NCBI GenBank assembly: GCA_016932135.1
Contig: JAFGDJ010000178.1
Location: forward strand, 3,329 to 67,328
Source: Spirochaetales bacterium
Lineage (GTDB): Bacteria; Spirochaetota; Spirochaetia; JAFGDJ01
DNA length: 64,000 bases
Direction of reading: 5' to 3'
The position numbers and the translations under genes are program-made. Of this stretch, positions 19,689 through 28,921 are shown one piece after another (the first letter of the stretch is position 1; each line of letters begins with the position of its first letter). The notes under the pieces were generated by a model, which was not told the DNA's origin, searched no databases, and was given only the letters and a program-made list of their open reading frames with translations.

Positions 19689-20734
19689 TGAACCGTCTCC
19701 TCGACGTCCTGCAGATACTCCGTCCGGACCTGCACATGGTTTTCATAGTATACCTTCAAAAGGGGTTCTCCGTCTCGGAAAACCAGATCGTAGTAGTTCT
19801 CGTCATCTTGAAAAATTCTTTTGTTCCTGAGTATTTTCCCTCGATAGTACATCTTGAAAGCCAGGGCCCCTTCAGGGGTATATCCGTACTCCCAGCGCTC
19901 CAGCACACCTTCAGCCCGGCGGGTTTCCACCATCAGCAGGTCACCATCCCACTGGTAGTCCTTTCTTGCCAGTCCTTCCGGGCTTTCGATGGTTTCCCAT
20001 AACACCCGGTCGTCTTTATCGGTTTTCCGGAGGATGATTTCATCGGATCCATAATCTTCCGTCCGGGAAAGGCGCTCTTCGGGGAAAAATTCCGTCTTTG
20101 AGATGAGTTCATCCTTTACCCGGATCTCCTCCATTCGGAGCACACCGTTCTTATATCTGAAGAGGGTTTCGTTATCCCCATCGCGGTAGATTTCTTCTAC
20201 AGGGCCCGAGCTCCCGGTTATAAAATGGGAAAGAGCCACCCTGCCGTCGGCATATGCGCGTTTCACCTTTCGTAATCTTCCGTCTCCGGCTCTGTCAAAG
20301 TGATCGGTGTAGAGAAGTCCCTCGGGTCCGGAGATTTCCTTTTTAAAAAGTCCCGTATCATCGTAGAAGAAAACCCGGTTCTCCAGAAGTTCCCCCCCCT
20401 CTTCTACCCGTTCACTGAGTACCCTTCCTTCCTTTTTTATCCGAAAAATGCGCTCAGTTCCCTGTTCTTCCGTTTCATGGATCTCACCATCCGGAAGATA
20501 AAGAAAGATCCACTTTTTTAGCTCTTCCGAACCGGAAAACAACCGGCGGACTTCCTTTGTCTCTTCTTCTTCCACCAGCAGGAAAAATTCAAAATCATCG
20601 GTCCTGAAGGAAGGAATTTCCTCCAGGGGCATCCCCAGGGCATTGGAGCGGTAATAATCTTCCCCGGAAAGAATAGAGGGGAAACACAGAAAGAACCCTA
20701 GGAAATAAGCGAAAAAAAAGATTTTCTTGTTCAT
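19685..20734 (-). CDS. secreted repeat protein (MORN/YwqK-like repeats), function unknown
   Basis: Signal peptide and repeated G/Y/E-rich units (for example YRDGDNETLFRYKNGVL). Confidence 0.4.
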   Translation of the reverse strand: MNKKIFFFAYFLGFFLCFPSILSGEDYYRSNALGMPLEEIPSFRTDDFEFFLLVEEEETKEVRRLFSGSEELKKWIFLYLPDGEIHETEEQGTERIFRIKKEGRVLSERVEEGGELLENRVFFYDDTGLFKKEISGPEGLLYTDHFDRAGDGRLRKVKRAYADGRVALSHFITGSSGPVEEIYRDGDNETLFRYKNGVLRMEEIRVKDELISKTEFFPEERLSRTEDYGSDEIILRKTDKDDRVLWETIESPEGLARKDYQWDGDLLMVETRRAEGVLERWEYGYTPEGALAFKMYYRGKILRNKRIFQDDENYYDLVFRDGEPLLKVYYENHVQVRTEYLQDVEETVQ

Positions 20735-21606
20735 GAGCCTGAAAGCAGGGACGAAAGGAAGGCTTCTTTTTCAAAAGGCTTCAGGTCGTCATAGGACTCC
20801 CCGGTGCCGATAAAGGCCAGGGGTATATGTAAGGTTCGGGATATGGAAAAGAGGATCCCCCCCTTGGCGTCGGAATCGTATTTTGCCAGGATAATGCCGT
20901 CTACTCCTATTGCTTCATGAAAGATCTCCGCCTGGCGAATACCGTTCTGACCCGTCGTGGCGTCGATAACCAGCAGCTTTTTATACAGCCCTTCCCCTAA
21001 ACGGGACCTCACCACCTTGTCGATTTTCTGCAGTTCCCTTACCAGGTCGGAGCGGTTATGCATCCTCCCCGCGGTATCCGCAATGATGATGTCCCCGCCT
21101 TTGGCCTTGACACTTTCCAGGGTGTCAAAGATCACCGCCCCGGGATCAGAGCCGGGCTGCTGATGAATGACACGAATTCCCAACCTTGTACCATGAAGAA
21201 GCAATTGGTCGATAGCCGCTGCTCTGAAGGTATCAGCGGCGCTTAAGACTGCTTCCATTGCATGGTGCTTCCGGTAGTAGGCTGCTAATTTGGCCGCGGT
21301 GGTGGTTTTTCCCACCCCGTTTACCCCCAGAATCAGGAAAAAATTCAAGCGCTCTGAATCCGGAACCGTATCCATGGTTGAAAGGTGTTCTCCCAGAAGA
21401 TCCTTCAAGAGAGCAAGGGTTCCTTCCCGGTCTTTTACCCTGGCGGCACGAACCGCTTCCCGCAAGGCATCGGTTATTTCCATGGCTGACAGCGCCCCCA
21501 GGTCTCCCTCAATGAGGATATCCTCCAGTTCCTCAAAAAAGGTATCCCCTTCGGTTTTCTTGCCAAATAGAGCCGCTATCCTTTCTCCCAGCCTTTTGCG
21601 AGCCAC
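20731..21606 (-). CDS. ftsY: signal recognition particle receptor FtsY (short form)
   Basis: SRP54-type GTPase motifs GVNGVGKTTT, DTAGR and KYD. The start is GTG. Confidence 0.85.
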   Translation of the reverse strand: MARKRLGERIAALFGKKTEGDTFFEELEDILIEGDLGALSAMEITDALREAVRAARVKDREGTLALLKDLLGEHLSTMDTVPDSERLNFFLILGVNGVGKTTTAAKLAAYYRKHHAMEAVLSAADTFRAAAIDQLLLHGTRLGIRVIHQQPGSDPGAVIFDTLESVKAKGGDIIIADTAGRMHNRSDLVRELQKIDKVVRSRLGEGLYKKLLVIDATTGQNGIRQAEIFHEAIGVDGIILAKYDSDAKGGILFSISRTLHIPLAFIGTGESYDDLKPFEKEAFLSSLLSGS

Positions 21607-21618
21607 AGTCTCTCTCCT

Positions 21619-23058
21619 CTATCTACTTCCTTCAACGGCTGATCCGGTTCTTGCCAAATACTCCGCTGTGGAAACGATTAAATTCGCGAATAAAAAGGTA
21701 TTGGCGAATAAACCCGCCGTGTACAGAGTATAACATACCCGGCTCCTGCGCCACAATCGGTAGATTTCTTCCTGAGGAACGACGGGATCATCCAGAGCGT
21801 CGTTTAAGGCGACACTGTAGTGCTCCGCCATGGAGTAGCCGGCCAGGGTGAGAGGCACCGATAGAACAAACACACTGAAATCACGATAGAACCGATCCCG
21901 GAAATCTTCCCGGCTGTTATACTTCACACCCGGTTCCGGTTGCAGAGAAATACTCAGTTCTTCTTCGGGCGCTTCGGCCAGGATAGAAACAAAACGTCGA
22001 TAACCCTCCTTGAGGAGGGTCAGTTGGACAGGAGACTCGCTCCAGGCCACGTCCAGGGGAGTCTTCCCGACCCATTGGGAAGATATATACACGTCCGCTC
22101 CGGGTGGACGGCTTTCCAGGCGAAACGTGGTTTTCTCCCCTTCTTCCAAAGCTACCGCCAGATCTTTCTCATCTTCCGCTTCTACAATCACCTCTACCGT
22201 TTTTGTCTCATACCCTACAGCGGTGCATTCCACGGTATACTCACCGGGGATGAACCACGGCCGATTGACCGCACCAAGACCGATAAAAATGCCGTTCAGT
22301 CTGATAGAAGAGCCGGGAGGGTCCACGGTAACGCGCAGCGAAGCCCATGGTCGCCCCAGGATGGTTGAGGCTATTTTCTTTACCAGAACCATGGTCTCCG
22401 CAGTCAGTTCCCTGGCGGTACAAGCCAGGGATTCCCGGAAGACAATGTCATCATAGAACCGGTTGTATCCGAGCAATTCCAGGTAATAATACTCTTCCAC
22501 CCGTTCGAGGGTTCCGTAAATAAGGAAATCCAGGTTTTGCTTTTCACAATACTCCCCGGGATAATATCCCACCGGAGGAAGAAGCTCACCTTTCAGGTTT
22601 TCCTCGGCTAACCTGACCGGTACGATTTCCTGCACTTTCAGGTCATCCAGGTCTGCTATTTTCAGGTTTTCAATTTCTTTGCGTTTCAAATCAATTTTTT
22701 CATCCAGGGTTATGCGCCGCTGCCGAGAACCAGGAGAGAAAAAAAGATCATCCCTTTCCATAATCAACAAACCCAGCTCTTCTTCCAGGGTTTTAGCGGC
22801 TTTTCTGTATATCAGATCTTTCATGGCTTCGGTTTCTTCAGGGGAAAAATGATGATCCGGTATGCTTCCAAGAAAGCTTAAGACCTGGGAAGGCAGATTC
22901 TGTAAAAGAAAGAGTTCATCCCCCCCCAGGTCTTTTCCCGTAAAAGAAGAGATTCCCAGGTTATATTCTTCCGGCAGGAATTTTTCCAGCTCTATCGCGG
23001 ACAGCGGAAAAGATAACATAAAAATAACAAGAACAGAGAAAACCGACCGTTTATTCAT
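21619..23058 (-). CDS. PEGA-domain secreted protein
   Basis: Signal peptide, two PEGA-like beta-sandwich segments, and a C-terminal TM. Confidence 0.45.
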   Translation of the reverse strand: MNKRSVFSVLVIFMLSFPLSAIELEKFLPEEYNLGISSFTGKDLGGDELFLLQNLPSQVLSFLGSIPDHHFSPEETEAMKDLIYRKAAKTLEEELGLLIMERDDLFFSPGSRQRRITLDEKIDLKRKEIENLKIADLDDLKVQEIVPVRLAEENLKGELLPPVGYYPGEYCEKQNLDFLIYGTLERVEEYYYLELLGYNRFYDDIVFRESLACTARELTAETMVLVKKIASTILGRPWASLRVTVDPPGSSIRLNGIFIGLGAVNRPWFIPGEYTVECTAVGYETKTVEVIVEAEDEKDLAVALEEGEKTTFRLESRPPGADVYISSQWVGKTPLDVAWSESPVQLTLLKEGYRRFVSILAEAPEEELSISLQPEPGVKYNSREDFRDRFYRDFSVFVLSVPLTLAGYSMAEHYSVALNDALDDPVVPQEEIYRLWRRSRVCYTLYTAGLFANTFLFANLIVSTAEYLARTGSAVEGSR

Positions 23059-23440
23059 CTATCCGCAAGGCGATTCGAAGGGCGGATACAATTCGCTCCG
23101 GACGGAAGGGTTTGACGATAAAATCCCGGGCACCGTATCGTATGGCCCTGAGGATGTACTCCTGTTCTCCCAGGGCCGAACACATGACCACACAGGCATC
23201 AGGATCGAAATAACGTATCCGTTTCAATGATTCAAGCCCATTCATCACCGGCATGGTGATATCCATGAGTACGGCATCCGGCCGAAGAATTGTATAAGCT
23301 TTCCAACCCTCGGCCCCGTTCTGCGCTTCCCCGGCCAGGGTAAAGCCGTGATCATTAAGAATTTCCTTTATCACCGTCCGCATAAAGGAAAGATCATCGA
23401 CAATGAGAATTCGCGGAGGCCTTACTTCCGGTTTTTCCAT
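23051..23440 (-). CDS. single-domain response regulator (CheY-like receiver)
   Basis: ILIVDD, a phospho-acceptor Asp in LMDITMP, and a conserved Lys in IVKP. The start is set at ATG 23440; the track ORF begins at GTG 23446. Confidence 0.8.
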   Translation of the reverse strand: MEKPEVRPPRILIVDDLSFMRTVIKEILNDHGFTLAGEAQNGAEGWKAYTILRPDAVLMDITMPVMNGLESLKRIRYFDPDACVVMCSALGEQEYILRAIRYGARDFIVKPFRPERIVSALRIALRIDE

Positions 23441-24526
23441 TTCCACTTGAGATACTCTTCTATAAAAGGATCAATCTGTCCATCCATGACGGCTTGAATA
23501 TTTCCGGTCTCATGCCGGGTTCTTAAATCTTTTACCATGGTGTAGGGCTGAAAAACATATGATCGAATCTGGTTTCCCCACGAAATATCCTTCTTTTCCT
23601 GGGCGTGTTTTTCCATTTCCTTGTCTTTCTCTTCACGATAGTATTCATACAACCGTGATTTCAAGACCTTCATTGCCAGGGCCTTGTTTTTATGCTGGCT
23701 CCTCTCATTCTGGCACTGGACGACAATACCCGTTTCATAATGGGTAATCCTGACGGCCGAGTCGGTTTTATTAACATGCTGCCCTCCCGCTCCCTGGGCG
23801 CGATAGGTATCTATGCGAATCTCCTCCGGCCGGATATCCACCTCCACATCGTCTTCGATGACCGGGGTTACATACACCGACGCGAAGGATGTATGCCGCC
23901 GGGCATTGGAATCAAAAGGGCTTATCCTTACCAACCGGTGTATTCCCGACTCTCCTTTCAAAAAACCATGGGCATAGGTGCCGGATACCTGCACCGTCAC
24001 CGATTTAATGCCCCCTTCCGCCTCTAAATAATCGATAATCTCCTGGGAGAATTCCTTTGTCTCAATCCATCGAGAATACATACGATAGAGCATCCGCACC
24101 CAATCACAGGCTTCGGTTCCTCCGGCTCCCGAATGAATGGTGAGAAAAGCGTCATTGCCATCGAACTCGTCTCCCAGCATCTCCATTACCTTGAGCTGGG
24201 AAAATCGCTCTTCCAGTTTGCTCAAGGTTTGAAAAATATCTGCCTCTAAAGACTCATCCTTTTCGTCCATCGCCAGCTGATACAGTTCCGCCAGATCAGT
24301 GAGCTTATGATGAAGGTCCTGCCACGGCTCGAATCTATCCTTCAGCCTTTTAAGATTCCCCAGGATCTGCTCCGCCCGCTCCCGGTCCTCCCAGAAGCCG
24401 GGCTTTCCGGTATCCAGCTCCAGCTCTTCGATTTTTTTCGCGATTCCTTCGGAGTCAAAGATGCCTCCAGGCTTCGTTTATCGATTCTTCCAGGTTTTCT
24501 ATTCTTTCTTCATAGTCGGCCAGCAT
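23422..24526 (-). CDS. prfB: peptide chain release factor 2, expressed via a programmed +1 ribosomal frameshift
   Basis: Frame 0 encodes MLADYEERIENLEESINEAWRHL followed by TGA. After a +1 slip at CTT TGA C the frame continues through RF2 motifs (SGAGGTE, GGQHVNKTDSAVR). Segment 1 is 24458..24526 and segment 2 is 23422..24456, with nt 24457 skipped. Confidence 0.9.
24454..24468 (-). promoter_or_regulatory. prfB: prfB programmed +1 frameshift site
   Basis: The minus-strand sequence reads TGGAGGcatCTTTGAC: an SD-like GGAGG three nt upstream of the slippery CTT, followed by an in-frame TGA. This is the canonical autoregulatory site. Confidence 0.9.
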
Positions 24527-24527
24527 A

Positions 24528-24812
24528 TCATTCTCCTTCCAAGGGTTTCAGCAGTATGCGTTTCCACTTTTTCTTCGTCAAATTGGTAATAGCCAGAGTG
24601 TTTTCCAGGGGATACTGATAAAACCTGAAAGCTCCGAAAGAATCGGTGGTTTTATCAAGATCCCTTTTTAACCGGGATAAGGTCTGTTCTCTCACGGTCA
24701 GGCTCTCAAAAAGGTTGTCATACACGGGTTTAAACCCGTACAGTTTCATCAGGCGGTTTACCGCTTCCTTGTGGTCATCCCCGGCATATTCGCATACAAT
24801 CGCCACAAACAT
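24528..24812 (-). CDS. Cas2/VapD-superfamily small protein (orphan)
   Basis: The 94-aa protein starts at ATG 24812 as MFVAIVCEY. It shows a Cas2-like pattern: a beta1 strand, then YGFKPVYDNLFES (compare YGxRVQNSVFEC), then DSFGAFRFYQY (compare DSLRFYRL). Its stop lies one nt from the prfB ATG. GC is about 45% against about 55% in the flanks. Confidence 0.5.
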   Translation of the reverse strand: MFVAIVCEYAGDDHKEAVNRLMKLYGFKPVYDNLFESLTVREQTLSRLKRDLDKTTDSFGAFRFYQYPLENTLAITNLTKKKWKRILLKPLEGE

Positions 24813-24890
24813 GCCATAGTGTAGGGGCAATTTTTTTTTGTGTCAAACCCCTCTTTCTCCTATGGACAGAGGCCTTATCGGCCGAATATT

Positions 24891-26126
24891 ATGAAGAGAG
24901 ACTCTATGAAACAAAAAATTTCACTAATTGTCCTTTTCTTTTTTATACCTCTTGTCTTCCTGTATGCGGAGGAGGAAATTTTTGCTCCTTTTGTTTCCCG
25001 CATTAAGGTGGTTCCAGAAGAATCCCGGGTAAAGCTTACCTGGGTCGATTCACAGGACGTCACGGGAAAGTATCATATCTATCGCCATACCGAAGAAATT
25101 ACCGAGGATACTTTTCGCCTGGCCGACCGGGTAGGCCAAGCCTCCTCAGGTCAGGAATATTATTTCGATGCTCCCCCGGAATATGGTACCCCTTATTATT
25201 ACGCCGTTCTGGCCGAGTCTGAGGAGGGTGAACTTTTCGAACTCTTCATCCCCTTCAGAAATAAAACAATCTATGCCGTGACCCTTCAGGAAACTCCGGA
25301 AACTACCTATACGGCTGCCCGGGTTACCTCTCTTCAACCGAAAGTACTGGAAGATCATATCCTCTTGCAGTATACCGTTGATATAAAGGGACGGGAACTG
25401 TCTATTTATCGCGGTGTTTCACCAATTTTGGAAGCGGAAGATGTCCTGAACGCGGAATTAATCGCCATGGTTTCCAGTTCCGACGGTGAATACCGGGATT
25501 TCACCATCCCAGGGGTTCCCTATTATTACGGCATCATTGATTCAGAATTATTGAAAGCTGGAATTTATACCTTCGAAGAAGGAAAAAACAGCACCACCGT
25601 CAGCGTGGAAATCCCCCTTTCCCGGGAGATTATCCGGCAGCCGGCGGTGGTTACCCGGCCAAAACCTCTGCCGGTATTAACCCTTCAAACAACCCTGTTA
25701 ACCGGAGAAGACCTGGCCTATCCTCCCATGCCCTTTGGAACAAAAACGTCCCTTTCAGAAGATATACAACTTATATTAGACCGACTGACCAAAGCGACCG
25801 GTACAGAAGCGGAGACCCCACAGGGGGCAGAGCTCCTGGAAACTGATCGCCTTAAACTGGATCAGAGGGAATCCTACAGCCTCGGGAGAATTCTAAGTAC
25901 GACCTTTCCTTCAGGAAAATGGAATGAGGCGGAACAACAGCTGCTCCTCTTTCAACGCACCCGCCACGAGGGGGATGATGACCTGCGGAGCCACTTCTAT
26001 TTAGGTCAGGCTTACTTTTTCCAGAAGAAATACCGCGAGGCCCTGTATCAGTTCTTACTTACCCGGGAGACCTACAGACTGGAAACGGATTCCTGGCTTG
26101 ACGCGGTTCTGAAAGCTCTAGGCTGA
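24891..26126 (+). CDS. secreted protein with Ig/FN3-like repeats and C-terminal TPR-like region
   Basis: Signal peptide MKRDSMKQKISLIVLFFFIPLVFLYA, repeated KVxW..D..YHIYR-like modules, and a C-terminal helical repeat. The track ORF begins at GTG 24840. Confidence 0.45.
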   Translation: MKRDSMKQKISLIVLFFFIPLVFLYAEEEIFAPFVSRIKVVPEESRVKLTWVDSQDVTGKYHIYRHTEEITEDTFRLADRVGQASSGQEYYFDAPPEYGTPYYYAVLAESEEGELFELFIPFRNKTIYAVTLQETPETTYTAARVTSLQPKVLEDHILLQYTVDIKGRELSIYRGVSPILEAEDVLNAELIAMVSSSDGEYRDFTIPGVPYYYGIIDSELLKAGIYTFEEGKNSTTVSVEIPLSREIIRQPAVVTRPKPLPVLTLQTTLLTGEDLAYPPMPFGTKTSLSEDIQLILDRLTKATGTEAETPQGAELLETDRLKLDQRESYSLGRILSTTFPSGKWNEAEQQLLLFQRTRHEGDDDLRSHFYLGQAYFFQKKYREALYQFLLTRETYRLETDSWLDAVLKALG

Positions 26127-26137
26127 AGGAAAAGCGT

Positions 26138-28069
26138 CTAGGTCTGCTTTAAGAGTTTATCCGCCCGTAAGGTCAGAAAGACTTCCCAGGGTTTGCCCGT
26201 CACAAAAGATCCCATCCAGGCGGGAACAAAACAAGTGGATTGATATTCCTTCAGTTCCCCCTGTTCCGTCATACAGTTGGTGTAAATCGGGAAAGTCCAT
26301 AACCGAAAGCGCTTTCCCCCGGACAGGGAAAAGGCTACCCGATTGATGGAGTCTTCGATAATAACTTCTGAAACCAGTTTACATTCCTGGGGTTCAGGGG
26401 AAATTTCCTTTCGTTGCCCTTTTATCACGGCGTATATTTTAACCAGGTTTCCCGGAGGTTCAGGTAAGGCCAGATTTATCTCCGAAGCGAACACCGGTTT
26501 ATCTTCGTCGATTTCCATTCCCGGGAGCACCCGGTACTGAACCGTCAGAGAAGACCTCTTGAAGATGTACTGCTTATTCATTGCCGAGCCCTGGCCGCCA
26601 CCGTTTATGGTGCCGGGAAAATCAAACTCCAGCTTCAGATGCTCACGGTCAAAGTTATTCAGCGGGTAAGCAAGATCAGATCCTTTCAGTTTTTCCTCAA
26701 ATGCAGCTTTCTGAAATTGTTCCAGGGTCGTTTCTTTCGACATGAAATGGTCGACGAAACCCCTTCGCAGGTAAGGGACCGGGAGTCCGTCTTTGTTGCG
26801 TTCCGCCAGGGTATCCAGATAGTTCCAGGACCCGGGCAGATAATCCAGCTCGAAAAGCTGGGCTCCGCGACAGGTGACATAGGCATTGATAGTGTTTCCC
26901 TGGTAGAGATACTCCTCATCCCCGTCCAGATCGATATCACAGGCAACGATGGAGGACTTAAATATTCCCCTTTCCCGGGTAAGCTTTTCCGCCTCCAGTA
27001 AAGCGGCAAAAGCAGCCTTTCTGTAGCTGTTTCGGTACACTCCTCCATCTCGAGCATGCCAGAACACGGAATTCCCCTGCCCTTTCCAGAGTTCTTCCCG
27101 GGCGGTCTTCTTTCTTGAGCGGTCGCCCCTGATCTGGTTCACCAGCTGGTAGACATACATCATCTTAGAGTAGAGAACATTGGCTTCAGGAAACTCCAGG
27201 AGGCTTTTTTTAAAAACCCCCTTATCCTCCGAAAAGGGTCTCCCTTTCCATTCTATCAACTCACCATAGGTTGTGGGGGGGAAATATTTTTTCCGCACCA
27301 GGCCGTCGGACTTGCCTCGTATTCCGGGGAGGGTAAATTCAACCTTATCCCGTTTATCCCGAACCACGGCAAAAAAGTCCTGAAACCATTCCTGTTTCTC
27401 CTGCAGGCTTATTTTGTCGGTGAAGATCTGATCTCCCCTGCCAAGGAGTGAAACGACACAATCTGGAGAACCTTCCGTTTCTTTCAGAATATCCTGTAAA
27501 AAAACCGTTGGAGAAAGGACAGTAACTTTGCCAAGAAACCTCGAAAAAATCGGGTATACCACCAAAGACTTGCCGTATTCCTCGGTAATGGACGGTACTA
27601 GGGCGTCTTTTCCCGTCTCTCCGTCTCCGGTATTGAGAAAGGCGAACTCCATCCCGCTGTTCTTCAGGGTGAAGGGAAGAATATGATCCCATACACCATA
27701 GGGAACCCAGCATCCCCGCATACGGGATCCGAAACGCTTCCGCAGATATGTGGTAAGGAACTCTATCTGTCCTAGTTTATCCGTGTTGGGTATCAGGGGA
27801 AGAAAGGGTTCATAATAGGCTCCCCCGAGCATCTCGACTTGCTTGCGGCGGTTTAATTCCTGAAGGAGCATGATGAACTCAGGGTGATGCTCCTCCAGTT
27901 GTTCCAGGAGAATTCCCGAATAATACAACACCGCGTGAATATCAGGATTGGCATGAAGGAGCTTCAGAAAGGGTTTGTAGCTGTTCTGGTATTGTTCTTC
28001 GAACCTTTCGTGCTTCGTTCCCAGAGGCTGACTATTGATCGTCCCGATGATCAGCTTAGGCTTCTTCAT
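26138..28069 (-). CDS. glycoside hydrolase family 57-like protein
   Basis: GH57-like blocks AVLYYSGILLEQLEE and GGAYYEPFLPLIP are present. Strong SD (AGGAGGA). It overlaps the rnfB 3' end by 14 nt. Confidence 0.55.
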   Translation of the reverse strand: MKKPKLIIGTINSQPLGTKHERFEEQYQNSYKPFLKLLHANPDIHAVLYYSGILLEQLEEHHPEFIMLLQELNRRKQVEMLGGAYYEPFLPLIPNTDKLGQIEFLTTYLRKRFGSRMRGCWVPYGVWDHILPFTLKNSGMEFAFLNTGDGETGKDALVPSITEEYGKSLVVYPIFSRFLGKVTVLSPTVFLQDILKETEGSPDCVVSLLGRGDQIFTDKISLQEKQEWFQDFFAVVRDKRDKVEFTLPGIRGKSDGLVRKKYFPPTTYGELIEWKGRPFSEDKGVFKKSLLEFPEANVLYSKMMYVYQLVNQIRGDRSRKKTAREELWKGQGNSVFWHARDGGVYRNSYRKAAFAALLEAEKLTRERGIFKSSIVACDIDLDGDEEYLYQGNTINAYVTCRGAQLFELDYLPGSWNYLDTLAERNKDGLPVPYLRRGFVDHFMSKETTLEQFQKAAFEEKLKGSDLAYPLNNFDREHLKLEFDFPGTINGGGQGSAMNKQYIFKRSSLTVQYRVLPGMEIDEDKPVFASEINLALPEPPGNLVKIYAVIKGQRKEISPEPQECKLVSEVIIEDSINRVAFSLSGGKRFRLWTFPIYTNCMTEQGELKEYQSTCFVPAWMGSFVTGKPWEVFLTLRADKLLKQT

Positions 28070-28907
28070 TTTCCTCCTGTAACGCGGTCACGGGCACTAG
28101 ATCCGGCTTTAATGAAGAAACCCGGAGGATACACTTGGGCGGGCAGGCAGCGGCGGCTTCGTCCCTGGAGCCCCGGGCGTCATAATCTATCCTCGCCAGA
28201 AAATCCTCAACTGTAAAACCGCCTTCCGGAGACTTCTTCTCACACATTTTACATCCTATACAGCCCACTGTACAATACTTTCTTACCAGGGCGCCTTTAT
28301 CTATGGAATGGCATGCCACGATATAATCCGCTGAATAGGGAACCATTTTCATAACCCCGGTGGGACAGACATCCACACATTTGCCGCAGGAAATACAGAC
28401 ATCCCGGTCCACCACCACATTGCCCCGGGAATCATAGTCGATAGCGTCCACAGGACAGACCTTCATGCAGCTTCCCAGACCGAGGCAGCCGAAAGAACAG
28501 GTTTTGTCACCGCCGTAAAGGGCGTAAAGGGCGTTACAGTCCCTGATACCGTTATAATCGAATTTATACGTACAGGTATCCCTGTTTCCCCGGCAATGAA
28601 CCATGGCTACCATCTTCTGGTCGGATACCTCTACCGATATCCCCATGATTTCAGCTATGGCCCGGGCTACCGCAGCTCCGCCGGGAGCACAAAGGGTAAT
28701 ATCGGCGTCTTCCTTTACGATAGCCTCAGCATAGGCGGCACACCCGGCGTAACCGCAGCCGCCGCAGTTCGCCCCGGGAAGCGCCGCTTCCACAGCAAGA
28801 ATCCTGTCGTCTTTTTCCACAGCCAAAGCTTTGGCAGCCACTGCAAGGCCGATACCGAACAATCCTCCAAGAACCGCTACCGCCAGAAAAGAATATAGAA
28901 TAATCAT
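28056..28907 (-). CDS. rnfB: Rnf electron transport complex subunit B (Fe-S)
   Basis: N-terminal TM, multiple Cys clusters (CGGCGYAGC, CISCGKCVDVCP, CIGCKMC). Confidence 0.85.
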   Translation of the reverse strand: MIILYSFLAVAVLGGLFGIGLAVAAKALAVEKDDRILAVEAALPGANCGGCGYAGCAAYAEAIVKEDADITLCAPGGAAVARAIAEIMGISVEVSDQKMVAMVHCRGNRDTCTYKFDYNGIRDCNALYALYGGDKTCSFGCLGLGSCMKVCPVDAIDYDSRGNVVVDRDVCISCGKCVDVCPTGVMKMVPYSADYIVACHSIDKGALVRKYCTVGCIGCKMCEKKSPEGGFTVEDFLARIDYDARGSRDEAAAACPPKCILRVSSLKPDLVPVTALQEENEEA

Positions 28908-28921
28908 ATCGTAAAACTCCC

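Noticed and set aside
24813-24890. T9 homopolymer and AT-rich divergent region between the Cas2-like gene and the FN3/TPR gene, considered as an integration scar or attachment site.
   Set aside because: No flanking direct repeats or integrase were found. It is more simply a shared divergent promoter region; the low-GC signal is noted under the Cas2-like finding.
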